A DNA stretch of 64,000 bases, taken from the NCBI RefSeq assembly GCF_023055435.1, contig NW_025964057.1, positions 1,736,001-1,800,000 of the forward strand. Direction: 5' to 3'. The position numbers were made by a program, and so were the translations under genes. Under the pieces are notes generated by a model. That model saw only the letters and a list, made by a program, of their open reading frames with translations, searched no databases and was not told where the DNA came from. The stretch comes from Haliotis rufescens (lineage: Eukaryota). Below, piece by piece: positions 10,301-22,310 of this stretch (positions are counted from its first letter, which is position 1; each line of letters begins with the position of its first letter).

Positions 10301-13300
10301 TCAACCGAGCCATCTCCGTCTCTCCTCCTTCCTCCACCGACACCAGTGCCTCCTCTATCTCTCCTGCCAGAGGAATATTGATCTCTCCTCCACATCCCCC
10401 CACTATCGTCATATTCTTCCTTCCTTCCTTCAACCGAGCCATTTCCGTCTCTTCTCCTTCCTCCACCGACACCAGTGCCTCCTCTATCTCTCCCACCAGG
10501 TGAATATTGATCCCTCCTCCATCTTCCTCGCCCAGCAACATTTTCTCCCTGCTTTCCTTCAACCGAGCCATCTCCGTCTCCTCTCCTTCCTCCACCGACT
10601 CCAGTGTCTCCTCTATCTCTCCCTCCAGTGGAATATTGATCTCTCCTCCATCTTCCTCCACCATCGTCATATTCTCCCTGCTTTCCTTCAACCGAGCAAT
10701 CTCCGTCTCTTCTCCTTCCTCCACCGACACAAGTGCCTCCTCTATCTCTCCTTCCAGAGGAATATTGATCTCTGCTCCACCTCCCTCCACTAACGTTATA
10801 TTCTTCCTTCCTTCCTTCAACAGTGCCATCTCCGTCTCTTCTCCTTCCTCCACCGACACCAGTGCCTCCTCTATCTCTCCTTCCAGAGGAATATTGATCT
10901 CTCCTCCACCTCCCCCCACTATCGTCATATTCTTCCTTCCTTCCTTCAACCGAGCCATTTCCGTCTCCTCTCCTTCCTCCACCGACTCCTGTGTCTCCTC
11001 TATCTCTCCCTCCAGTGGAATATTGATCTCTCCTCCATCTTCCTCCACCATCGTCATATTCTCCCTGCCTTCCTTCAACCGAGCCATCTCCGTCTCTTCT
11101 CCTTCCTCCACCGACACCAGTGCCTCCTCTATCTCTCCCTCCAGGTGAATATTGATCCCTCCTCCATCTTCCTCGCCCACCAACATTTTCTCCCTGCTTT
11201 CCTTCAACCGAGCCATCTCCGTCTTTTCTCCTTCCTCCACCGACACCAGTGCCTCCTCTATCTCTCCCTCCAGGTGAATATTGATCCCTCCTCCATCTTC
11301 CTCGCCCACCAACATTTTCTCCCTGCTTTCCTTCAACCGAGCCATTTCCGTCTCCTCTCCTTCCTCCACCGACTCCAGTGTCTCCTCTATCTCTCCCTCC
11401 AGTGGAATATTGATCTCTCCTCCATCTTCCTCCACCATCGTCATATTCTCCCTGCTTTCCTTCAACCGAGCCATCTCCGTCTCTTCTCCTTCCTCCACCG
11501 ACACAAGTGCCTCCTCTATCTCTCCTTCCAGAGAAATATTGATCTCTCCTCCACCTCCCTCCACCATCGTCATATTCTCCCTGCCTTCCTTCAACCGAGC
11601 AATCTCCGTCTCTTCTCCTTCCTCCACCGACACCAGTGCCTCCTCTGTCTCTCCTTCCAGAGGAATATTGATCTCTGCTCCACCTCCCTCCACTATCGTC
11701 ATATTCTTCCTTCCTTCCTTCAACAGTGCCATCTCCGTCTCTTCTCCTTCCTCCACCGACACCAGTGCCTCCTCTATCTCTCCTTCCAGAGGAATATTGA
11801 TCTCTCCTCCACCTCCCCCCACTATCGTCATATTCTTCCTTCCTTCCTTCAACCGAGCCATTTCCGTCTCTTCTCCTTCCTCCACCGACACCAGTGCCTC
11901 CTCTATCTCTCCCACCAGGTGAATATTGATCTCTCCTCCATCTTCCTCGCCCACCAACATTTTCTCCCTGCCTTCCTTCAACCGAGCCATCTCCGTCTCC
12001 TCTCCTTCCTCCACCGACTCCAGTGCCTCCTCTATCTCTCCCTCCAGTGGAATATTGATCTCTCCTCCATCTTCCTCCACCATCGTCATATTCTCCCTGC
12101 TTTCCTTCAACCGAGCCATCTCCGCCTCTTCTCCTTCCTCCAATGACGTCAGTGCCTCCTCTATCTCTCCTTCCAGAGGAATATTGATCTCTCCTCCACC
12201 TCCCCCCACTATCGTCATATTCTTCCTTCCTTCCTTCAACAGAGCCATCTCCGTCTCTTCTCCTTCCTCCACCGACACCAGTGCCTCCTCTATCTCTCCT
12301 TCCAGAGGAACATTGATCTCTCCTCCACCTCCCCCACTATCGTCATATTCTCCCTGCCTTCTTTCAACTGAGCCATCTCCGTCCCTTCTCCTTCCTCCAC
12401 CGACACCAGTGCCTCCTCTATCTCTCCCTCCAGGTGAATATTGATCCCTCCTCCATCTTCCTCGCCCACCAACATTTTCTCCCTGCTTTCCTTCCACCGA
12501 GCCACCTCCTCGTCTCCTTCCTCCACCGACTCCAGTGCCTCCTCTATCTCTCCTTCCAGAGGAATATTGATCTCTCCTCCACCTTCCTCCACCATCGTCA
12601 TATTCTCCCTGCCTTCCTTCAACCGAGCCATCTCCGTCTCTCCTCCTTCCTCCACCGACACCAGTGCCTCCTCTATCTCTCCTGCCAGAGGAATATTGAT
12701 CTCTCCTCCACCTCACCCCACTATCGTCATATTCTTCCTTCCTTCCTTCAACCGTGCCATTTCCGTCTCTTCTCCTTCCTCCACCGACACCAGTGCCTCC
12801 TCTATCTCTCCCACCAGGTGAATATTGATCCCTCCTCCATCTTCCTCGCCCACCAACATTTTCTCCCTGCTTTCCTTCAACCGAGCCATCTCCGTCTCCT
12901 CTCCTTCCTCCACCGACTCCAGTGTCTCCTCTATCTCTCCCTCCAGTGGAATATTGATCTCTCCTCCATCTTCCTCCACCATCGTCATATTCTCCCTGCT
13001 TTCCTTCAACCGAGCCATCTCCGTCTCTTCTCCTTCCTCCACCGACACAAGTGCCTCCTCTATCTCTCCTTCCAGAGAAATATTGATCTCTCCTCCACCT
13101 CCCTCCACCATCGTCATATTCTCCCTGCCTTCCTTCAACCGAGCAATCTCCGTCTCTTCTCCTTTCTCCACTGACGTCAGTGCCTCCTCCATCTCTCCCT
13201 CCGGTGGAATATTGATCTCTCCTCCATCTTCCTCCACTATCGTCATATTCTCCCGGCCTTCCTTCAACCGAGCCATCTCCGTCGCTTCTCTTTCCTTCAA

Positions 13301-14246
13301 CGACGTCAGTGCCTCCTCTATCTCTCCTTCCAGAGGAATATTGATCTCTGCTCCACCTCCCTCCACTAACGTTATATTCTTCCTTCCTTCCTTCAACAGT
13401 GCCATCTCCGTCTCTTCTCCTTCCTCCACCGACACCAGTGCCTCCTCTATCTCTCCTGCCAGAGGAATATTGATCTCTCTTCCACCTCCCCCCACTATCC
13501 TTATATTCTCCCTGCCTTCCTTCAACCGAGCAATCTCCGTCTCTTCTCCTTCCTCCACCGACACAAGTGCCTCCTCTATCTCTCCTTCCAGAGGAATATT
13601 GATCTCTGCTCCACCTCCCTCCACTATCGTCATATTCTTCCTTCCTTCCTTCAACAGAGCCATCTCCGTCTCTTCTCCTTCCTCCACCGACACCAGTGCC
13701 TCCTCTATCTCTCCTGCCAGAGGAATATTGATCTCTCCTCCACCTCCCCCCACTATCGTCATATTCTTCCTTCCTTCCTTCAACCGAGCCATTTCCGTCT
13801 TTTCTCCTTCCTCCACCGACACCAGTGCCTCCTCTATCTCTCCCACCAGGTGAATATTGATCCCTCCTCCATCTTCCTCGCCCACCAACATTTTCTCCCT
13901 GCTTTCCTTCAACCGAGCCATCTCCGTCGCTTCTCTTTCCTCCACTGACGTCAGTGCCTCCTCCATCTCTCCCTCGAGAGGAATATTGATCTCTCCTCCA
14001 CCTTCCTCCACCATCGTCATATGCGCACTCTTCTTCTGACAAAGCATGATCACTTTTTCTTTTCCAAGCTCCACCAACACCCCCAGGTTGACCTCTTTCC
14101 ATCTCTTTATCAGAGATGTCTTCAGTGTTACCGCAGTTAGCGCTAGGCTCTACTGGATTGCTAGAATCTCTTCGAGGTCTGACATTCATTCTTTCCCCAC
14201 TCGTGTTCTCGCCTGTTCTGTTACGAAAGTTCGTTTGAATTTCCAT
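7302..14246 (-). CDS. Copy B giant exon: ~51 x 43-aa Gly/Arg/Asp/Glu-rich repeats followed by a RHIM-like motif; one 1-bp frameshift at 12331-12335
   Basis: Acceptor tggtttcag|ACA ATG at 14250/14249. ORF 14246- starts in the G/R frame and ORF 10395- continues it after a C6->C5 run deletion. VQCG at 7341-7330. Donor ACT G|GTGTGC at 7302/7301. Corrected spliced product ~2,389 aa. Confidence 0.75.
7440..14020. repeat. Coding tandem repeat, 129-bp unit, with a 2190-bp higher-order duplication
   Basis: Unit GGGRWRRDQYSSGRRDRGGTGVGGGRRRDGDGSVEGRQGEYDD. Blocks starting at 9091 and 11281 are near-identical (offset 2190). Confidence 0.97.
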
Positions 14247-14456
14247 TGTCTGAAACCATAAGATGGCATTGTGAAACTTATTATTGGCATAATCTGTAAT
14301 CTGATGCTACCGCGTTTCCTTTCTCTCAAGTTTTGCATATACATATAAACCTACATGTTTAAACATATGTAATGAATGATCTGTTTGGCACGTTGCTACA
14401 CATGTACATAACTACCTCAAACATAGGTAACCATTGGTATAGCCAGTGCATTACAG

Positions 14457-14612
14457 TGATTGAATGTGTTTCAAGGCCGCTTTTGGCAAGATACCAGCAA
14501 TATCACGGCGGGGGACACAAGAATGGGCTTCACACATTTTATCCATGTCGGGATTCGAACCCGGGTCCTGGGCGTGACGAGTGACCACTTTAAGAGTCCC
14601 AACCGCTCCGTG
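14457..14612 (-). mobile_element. Short tRNA-derived SINE (same family as 39850-40017) in intron 1 of copy B
   Basis: ccagcaatatcacggcgggggacac...gggcttcacacatt...ggattcgaacccggg...gcgtgacgag. Absent from the paralogous site at ~32715-32740. Confidence 0.8.
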
Positions 14613-15025
14613 CAAAGTAACACCAGTGTTCAATGTCCTGTGTGGCTTCAGTCTGCAGTACATATAGATGTGGTGTAGATGGTGTATGTGTTATAAAGCT
14701 GTAATGCTGATTACACATTAGTACCAAAATCTTCCACTCGTTCCATGGTAAGCAAAGGGGTTCCGGTAAACAAGAATTGTTTATGTTAAAACTGAGTAAA
14801 AATTGTCATACAAATGTATTTCCTGGAGTCCCTTATTAAAAAAAACCCACAAAACAAAGGCTGATTAATGTAATTATGGGGAGGCCTGTCCAGAAGCGAC
14901 AAACGCCTTCATATAATCCATTCTACGCTTAAAAAAATATCATAAGCATGTGTTTATGTACCACAAGTTACGTGTAGTGTCTTCAAACAAGCACCACTAA
15001 GGAAAGGAATGAAAATAACGCCTAC

Positions 15026-15165
15026 CTGTCCTGGCTCCCACATTATCTGATAGATACAGCTTCGGCTGCCTTCTCAGTCCATCTAAAGTCCAACGTAGTA
15101 GCTGACTGACTGATATGGAAGATTTAACGTGCGCTTTCCGACTGTAGCGTATTTCGCGATGGTAT
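15026..15165 (-). other. Predicted first exon of copy B, possibly coding MWEPGQ
   Basis: Begins ~25 bp below the TATA box. Donor CAG|GTAGGC at 15026/15025. ATG at 15043 gives six codons in phase 0 with ACA ATG of exon 2. Confidence 0.55.
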
Positions 15166-15169
15166 AACG

Positions 15170-15295
15170 TAGTAGCGCGATGGTAGCTCTTATATACTGT
15201 CCGGTCCGGCAACGCGATCATTAACCAATCGGCTTAGTGCATTCAGAAGTGGCAATCTCTGCTTAGTATGCCTGCATAATGTCACGTGATGTTAG
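15170..15295 (-). promoter_or_regulatory. Pol II promoter of copy B: TATA box, CCAAT box, E-box
   Basis: TATATAAG (minus) 15196-15189, CCAAT 15225-15229, CACGTG 15283-15288. Conserved with 4380-4520. Confidence 0.72.
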
Positions 15296-15384
15296 GACAT
15301 CAAGCCTCGTGGATGAAAGAGGTATTGCTCTTTTCGCCAATCTCGCCCCTTTCGGCCACTTTTCACAATCGCAAGTGTAGGAGA

Positions 15385-16065
15385 GGTTATCTCCCATAAG
15401 TTAGACAGCCTGTTGTTAGTCAGCCAGTTGTCAGACAGCCAGTTGTTAGTCAGCCAGTTGTCAGACACTGAAGTCGGGGATTAATTAGGGCAGTGCCCAC
15501 AACAATGGTACAGTCCTACTCAGTGAACTAATTAGGCATGTCTCAAGGTTCATTGTCTAGCCTGGCTCTACTTCCCCCAAACCGAGTGTAAGATGTATGG
15601 CTGGATGTAATGAACTCTTCCCCTGATGGTCGTCGCATTGAAGATTTCAAAGACTACATGGTTATCAACTGGGGGGATGATGATGCAAGGTTTCCGCTGC
15701 CCCTGTGGAATCACCATGAAACTGAAGGGTCAGGCACCAACAACTGCCTTCCAAAAAGTTTTTCAATGTTTTCTAATCCTTCAATTTCTTGTCTTCGGTA
15801 AAATTCCTTTCTGCTCATATTCTTTTGGAACACAAGATAAACTTGCTTTGGGACAACTTTTGCATCACATGGGGTTTACATATACGGCTTATAACAATCG
15901 TACATCTCGTTATAATAGTCATCATTATGTGCCAAAAGTAACAGCCCACAAATAGGGTGGGTGGCGCTTAACTTTTGTGCATGTGTATATCTTGATGTTT
16001 AGCTTTAGAAAAGTTGTTATTTTAAGGTGTCTAACAACTGGCTGTCTAACTAATGGGAGGACACC
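15385..16065 (+). mobile_element. Non-autonomous TIR DNA transposon with a Mutator/MULE-like transposase remnant
   Basis: TIRs ggttatctcccataagttagacagcc / ggctgtctaactaatgggaggacacc. 8-bp TSD gtaggaga (15377-15384) / gtaggaaa (16066-16073). Internal FKDYMVINWGDDDARFPLPLWNHHETEGSGTNNCL resembles the WN..RTNN.LE motif of MULE transposases. Confidence 0.8.
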
Positions 16066-17825
16066 GTAGGAAATGGGACAACTTCTGCCCCAACAGTAAA
16101 CAGGCTTCCGCCTGAACACGATCTTAGATGCACATTTGTTGGCGGGTTAAAATTTCATCTGTGTTCATTTTGGTTAGTCTTATATATACTGAGCTACTTA
16201 TTTATAAGAATGATACTAATACATTCCATTTATGTTCGAAAACAACAACGTTTAGAAATACAGTTCCAACATGTTTGTGTAATCAAATATAAACTGACGG
16301 GATATACTGATTAGCGTAAATAACTAGTAAAAGAACTGCCGTGAACGTAAGATGAGTCCCATAACTTATTCGGTCGGACGCTTTCTCCCAGTTTGCAGTT
16401 TCTTATCTCTGACAAACCATGCAGAGCTGTCGTCGGCACACTAGGATGTTTGCATCACGTGACGGTCATGAGGACAAATATATACCCGACTTACAATGGC
16501 TACGAGTTACCTCAGAGACCTATTTTCACCGGAAATAGACGATCGTGTTAAGATAGAGGTGCTGCTGAGATCTTTCACCTCGCCACCCGATGCGACTTGT
16601 GGACGCTTACACCAATTACAGGTTACAATTATATACCAGATTAATGCACTGGGGTATGAGTGTGTGTTAAGATCGGGACCAGGTACCTCGTTGCTAGGTG
16701 CTGGATGTGGATCTTGTTGTGTGAGTTTTTATGCAGGCACCAACATATGGTGATGTTTCACCTGGATTTTGACCGTCATAGCAATAGGTTGGGCCGACAA
16801 TCCAGTGACAGTAACAGCGTGTGTGGCGCCACCAGGTGGACACGGCATACTTGCCGTACTTTATATTCGTGGGTGTCATTTCGCTTCTTTTCTCGCGACA
16901 TGGAACATGACATGGATAACAAGCATAATAATAATTGGTTTTGTTTCCATTGGAACAAAACATATTTTATATAGTTGATCGTCAATGTACCAAGAAAATA
17001 TATATAATAGGATACATATGTCACATATGACAAAGGGAGATAACTTTTGACACTCTAATGGTACCTCTTTAGATTAAAACACTCAACGTGTTCTTTTATT
17101 CCATCAACTGTAAGGTTATGGAACACTATTGCTGCAGCAGGTAGAAATTGTACATCTACATCCCAATTCAAGTCATTCATATAGAAAGAGCAATGTATTG
17201 CATCTCCATATTTTTCCTTTGATGTTAGAAAGTTAAATATTTATCATACTCGATTAAGATACATGAAAAGCTAGTTAAATTATGATTTATACAGAATAGA
17301 GATATCGAGAAATGTGATCCAATATGTCAATATGGTAATCCATGTGAAATCTCATTTCATTATTTGTATTTTGTCCATTGTATGTCCACCAAAGAAAATC
17401 CATGTTAATAATAATTCGGGACATTTTACAGAACAACAATGTTAAATGAGATTTAAGTTTGATGTTAAACGGAAATGAATGTTTGTCCATTATCGAAAAT
17501 CCACTTATCTTTAAGGCAGTGCAAATGTTTAATAGTCATTCAAAGAGATTTGGGTAACACATTAATGTAAATATACTAGTCTCTCTTTTGTACATTTCTT
17601 TTATATCTATACACTCGTCTTCTTTTCTGTTATCCTTGTATATGATTTACTGTACAAGCTTTGTAAATACCACGGAGGGGGAATCCTAAGTTGGATAGCT
17701 TGCTCCCAATCCATTTCAATCTGAATAAAATATGTTTAAACAAAAAAACACTTCCATGTCACATGTTGAGAAAGTTTTGACTGTTTTACATTACATGATG
17801 TTTTTGATATGACGGCTCATTTTAG

Positions 17826-18930
17826 TCTCTTTGTATGTTGTGCTTGTGTCTCTTTGTATGTTGTGCTTGTGTCTCTTTGTTTGGTGTGCTTGTGTCTCTT
17901 TGTATGTTGTGCTTGTGTCTCTTTGTATGGTGTGCTTGTGTCTCTTTGTATGATGTGCTTGTGTCTTTTTGTATGTTGTGCTTGTGTCTCTTTGTATGGT
18001 GTGCTTGTGTCTCTTTGTGTGATGTGCTTGTGTCTCTTTGTATGGTCTGCTTGTGTCTCTTTGTATGTTGTGCTTGTGTCTCTTTGTTTGGTGTGCTTGT
18101 GTCTCTTCGTATGATGTTATTGTGTCTCTTTGTATGGTGTGCTTGTGTCTCTTTGTGTGATGTGCTTGTGTCTCTTTGTATGTTGTGCTTGTGTCTCTTT
18201 GTTTGGTGTGCTTGTGTCTCTTTGTATGATGTTATTGTGTCTCTTTGTATGGTGTGCTTGTGTCTCTTTGTATGGTGTTATTGTGTCTCTTTGTATGATG
18301 TTATTGTGTCTTTTTGTATGGTGTGCTTGTGTCTCTTTGTATGATGTGCTTGTGTCTCTTTGTATGATTTTATTGTGTCTCTTTGTATGGTGTACTTGTG
18401 TCTCTTTGTATGGTGTGCTTGTGTCTCTTTGTATGATGTGCTTGTGTCTTTTTGTATGTTGTGCTTGTGTCTCTTTGTATGATGTGCTTGTGTCTCTTTG
18501 TATGATGTTATTGTGTCTCTTTTTATGGTGTGCTTGTGTCTCTTTGTATGATGTGTTTGTGTCTCTTTGTATGTTGTGCTTGTGTCTCTTTGTATGTTGT
18601 GCTTGTGTCTCTTTGTATGATGTGCTTGTGTCTCTTTGTATGATGTTATTGTGTCTCTTTGTATGATGTTATTGTGTCTCTTTGTATGGTCTGCTTGTGT
18701 CTCTTTGTTTGGTGTGCTTGTGTCTCTTTGTATGAGGTGCTTGTGTCTCTTTGTATGATGTGCTTGTGTCTCTTTGTATGATGTGCTTGTGTCTCTTTGT
18801 ATGATGTGCTTGTGTCTCTTTGTATGATGTTATTGTGTCTCTTTGTATGATGTTATTGTGTCTCTTTGTATGGTGTGCTTGTGTCTCTTTGTATGGTGTG
18901 TTTGTGTCTTTTTGTATGGTGTGCTTGTAG
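17826..18930. repeat. Minisatellite, 23-bp unit, ~48 copies
   Basis: Unit tgtgtctctttgtatgatgtgct and variants. Confidence 0.97.
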
Positions 18931-19002
18931 CTGCTTGTACTGGTTCGGATTTGTGTCGGTGTTCTAGTGCCAGCCCACTGAGATGCCCTATTGCAGTTTA
19001 AC

Positions 19003-19185
19003 ATCGGACACAGTATACTGACTTCGAGCCGACCAGTCCTTTTTTTATCCCCTTAATGCCGAGCGTCAGGCAGGGTAACAACAGGTACTATCTTTTTATG
19101 CCTTTTGTTTTGAGGCGACCGGGATCGAATACCGACTTCGCTCTCCCTGGGCAGGCTCCTTATCCATTACACCAAGGAAGCGGCT
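19003..19185 (-). mobile_element. Partial, diverged Meta/MESC-type SINE
   Basis: Reverse complement of the 5899 family: gagccgaccagtcc...ccccttaatgccgagcg...gggatcgaa. Confidence 0.75.
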
Positions 19186-19339
19186 TTCCTATTTGTAAGG
19201 AGCCATTATACATTGAGTGAGTGTGTTGTGTTTTACCCCGCTTGAAACAGTATCGTAAAAAGGGAAACATCAATGTCACACATTGAACGTAACTACAAAC
19301 AGAGTTGTTTTGACTTACCAGGTTGAAATGTTTTAGAAT

Positions 19340-19900
19340 TCCAATATGTAATATGGGGGGCACACCTGGTCCAGTTACCACAATCGCGACACCAAAATAG
19401 TTGTTTTTCGGTTCGAGTCTCAGATTTGCCAGAAATTTTACCTTTGATTTGTCAAGACAAAATCTGTGATCGAGGGTTTCGCAAAAGAACTACAACCTAC
19501 GACGACATGTCATGATATGTCTGAAATACTGTTCAGTGGTAATATATCACAAGTGACGAAACTTTGGTGAAAAATCAAAAACAAAGCGTTATCTGTTAAT
19601 CTGTTTTACTATGACATGTGGCTCTACAACGGTAGAAGAGAACAGGAAACACAGTTACCATCCTGTGGGCACAATCATACCAATACGTGTAGAGGCATCT
19701 ACAGGATTCCCCTTGGAGGATGCTCAACATTTCCATTGATGAATACTGTGAACAGTCACCATATGCTGAGCAACAGATATACAATGTAATGCACACGCAT
19801 TGGTTTAGCCGATACGGTTTACACTTGTATTCCATACAGGAATAGTTCTACCCACCCCTAGCGAGCCACAAGAGCCCACCTTTCCTGCTGCCCGCCCGCA
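19340..19900 (-). pseudogene. Relic (copy D) of the 3' UTR and flank of the repeat-RHIM gene unit
   Basis: Colinear with 4950-5650 and 22350-23050, e.g. gcacacgcattggtttagccgatacggtttacacttgtattccatacaggaatagttctacccacccct. Confidence 0.75.
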
Positions 19901-20720
19901 CCCTACCAATCCTCCCCGCCAGCCCCGCTCCTCTCCCATCCGATCAGCTCCTCTCCCACCAGCCCCGCAGATCTCCCACCCTCTCCTCTCCCAACAGCCC
20001 CTTTCCTCTCCCACCCGCTCCTCTCCCAACAGCCCCTTTCCTCTCCCACCCGCTCCTCTCCCACCCTCTCCTCTGCCACCAGCCCCGCTCCTCTCCCACC
20101 CTCTCCTCTCCCACCAGCCCCGCTCCTCTCCCACCCGCTCCTCTCCCAACAGCCCCGCTCCTCTCCCACCCGCTCCTCTCCCAACAGCCCCGCTCCTCTC
20201 CCACCCGCTCCTCTCCCAACAGCCCCGCTCCTCTCCCACCCGCTCCTCTCCCACCCGATCCGCTCCTCTCCGAACAGCCCCTTTCCCCTCCCACCCGCTC
20301 CTCTCCCACCCGCTCCTCTCCCACCCGATCCGCTCCTCTCCCACCAGCCCAGCTCCTCTCCCACCCGATCCGCTCCTCTCCAAACAGCCCCGCCCCTCTC
20401 CCATCCGCTCAGCTCCTCTCCCAAAAGCCCCGCCCCTCTCCATTCCGATCCGCTCCTCTCCCACCCGCTCCTCTTCTCTCCGCACCCACCTTCTCCTCTC
20501 CCACCGGCCCCGCCCCTCTCCCATCTGTTCTCCCCCTCTCCCAACAGCCCCGCCCCTCTCCCATCCGATCCGCTCCTCTCCCACCCGCTCCTCTTCTCTC
20601 CGCACCCACCTTCTCTTCTCCCACCGGCCCCGCTCCTCTCCCATCTGTTCTCCCCCTCTCACACCCACTCCGCCCCTCTCCCACCCACTCCGCTCCTCTC
20701 CAACCCACTTCAACCCATTT
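19900..20720. repeat. C/T-rich complex satellite built from ccgctcctctccca units (15-21 bp)
   Basis: Directly visible. ORFs across it are low-complexity artefacts. Confidence 0.92.
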
Positions 20721-20949
20721 CAAATGAAATGGTACGACGAGACCTTAAGTCTGCCATTGACTTGACTGATTTGTGTAATATCAGCCTTACAGTGTTAAGC
20801 TGTACATATTAAACATACAGATAAGACTATTTGCAGCAACTATGGTACATGGTGTGTAACAAATATATCCTGAGGGGCAAAAGAAAGTATACCGAGTTTG
20901 TATTTGAAAATTGAAAGAACTGTCATTAAATCTGATATTGCCTATGTAA

Positions 20950-21700
20950 CCATTCTTGCAACAGTTTGTAAAAGGTAATCTGTGGCTGAGTAATATTGTG
21001 TAAAAATAAATGGTTTATGGAGAATGTGGTAGATTTCCTCTATTTATATATTCACAGCTGAAAGTCATAAAGTACTGGCTGAAACTCCTTAAGTTGGATT
21101 CATCGAGATACCCTAAGAAATGTTACAATATAATGATGTTATACGATACGAATGGACAGATTAATTGGGTAACTGATGTGAAAACATTGTTATTCAATAG
21201 TGGTTTTGGAAATGTTTGGTATGATCTATTTGTACTATCTGAAAGTGTGTATTTACAAATTCTTTTCTGCAGAGGCTTAAAGATATATATCTCTAATCGT
21301 GGTCATTTTCGTTGACATTATCGAATAAATTTTAATATTGTAGAATGTTGAAAACTCATATATACACTGAACAGTATCTATTCTATATAAATATTAAGAA
21401 ATACCGCAATTCATTGGCAAGATTTCGATGTTCATCCCATGATTTATGCATCAACAGTGGGAGATGCACAAACACTCCAAGGTCAGAAGGATTATGTAAA
21501 ATGTGTAATAGCCAAGGTAGAGAGGATGAACATCACTTTGTACTTGTATGTCCATTGTACTCCACTGTGGGAAAATAATACATTCCTGTATACTAATCTA
21601 ATGATTCAAATATTGTGAAATTCCGACAATTGTTAAACAGTCTAGATATATTAATAATACAAAACTAAGCCATGTATATATTCCACGCACTGTTATATAG
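20950..21700 (+). mobile_element. 3' fragment of a non-LTR retrotransposon ORF2 (post-RT region and Cys/His finger), decayed
   Basis: VYGECGRFPLFI...KVIKYWLKLL...YRNSLARFRCSSHDL.I.SGR...LCKMCN...EDEHHFVLVCPLY, typical of the C-terminus of APE-type LINEs; frameshifted. Confidence 0.85.
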
Positions 21701-22033
21701 AACCAAATTTGTTAATAATAGTCAAGGTTGTGTGCAACATCTCTGTCACATGTACTGTAGGCCTGGAACCTCTTGAGTGCTGGAATAAAGATTGATTGAT
21801 TGAACCCCCCCCCAAAAAAAACCCCAAAACAACAACAAAAAAACAACAATTATATGTAAAATGATTAGTGATTTTGTTATCTTGTGGATGCAATTTTGAG
21901 TGATTATGGAATTTGAATATACATCCCTCAAGGCAATGGTTGTTGTATTCATTGAAACATGTTTATTGTACTGACCATATAAGATGAGGTGGGGTGAAAT
22001 GAGTTTTAACGTCGCGATCACGATTAGTGCACT

Positions 22034-22194
22034 NNNNNNNNNNNNNNNNNNNNNNNNNNNNNNNNNNNNNNNNNNNNNNNNNNNNNNNNNNNNNNNNNNN
22101 NNNNNNNNNNNNNNNNNNNNNNNNNNNNNNNNNNNNNNNNNNNNNNNNNNNNNNNNNNNNNNNNNNNNNNNNNNNNNNNNNNNNNNNNNNNNNN
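22034..22194. other. Assembly gap (N run)
   Basis: 161 N, with SINE-like sequence on both sides. Confidence 1.
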
Positions 22195-22310
22195 TTAATG
22201 CCTAGCGCTAGGCAGTGTTGCAACAAGTACCATCTTTGAACGTCTTTTGGTGTGACGTGACCGGGTTTGGAACCACCAACATCTGTCCTCTACGTCACAG
22301 AGGCCGTCAA
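22195..22310 (-). mobile_element. Partial Meta/MESC-type SINE, paralogous to the remnant at 4820-4900
   Basis: ttaatgcctagcgctaggcag...caagtaccatctttgaacgtcttttggtgtgacg is the reverse complement of the SINE core. Confidence 0.7.

Noticed and set aside
7497-12330. Glu-rich protein as the primary product of ORF 7497-14246
   Set aside because: It arises only after the 1-bp deletion. The paralogue keeps the G/R frame and its Glu-rich frame is fragmented by stops.
7440-14020. Neuropeptide or antimicrobial polyprotein precursor (many GRR/RR/KR sites)
   Set aside because: No signal peptide at either candidate start, and the basic sites are too dense to delimit a consistent peptide.
17809-19004. 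Cys/Leu/Val-rich membrane-protein ORFs
   Set aside because: Translations of a 23-bp minisatellite in shifting frames.
19805-20723. G/E/R-rich ORFs as another copy of the giant exon
   Set aside because: The unit is unrelated to the 129-bp repeat and is open in all three minus frames simply because it is purine-rich.
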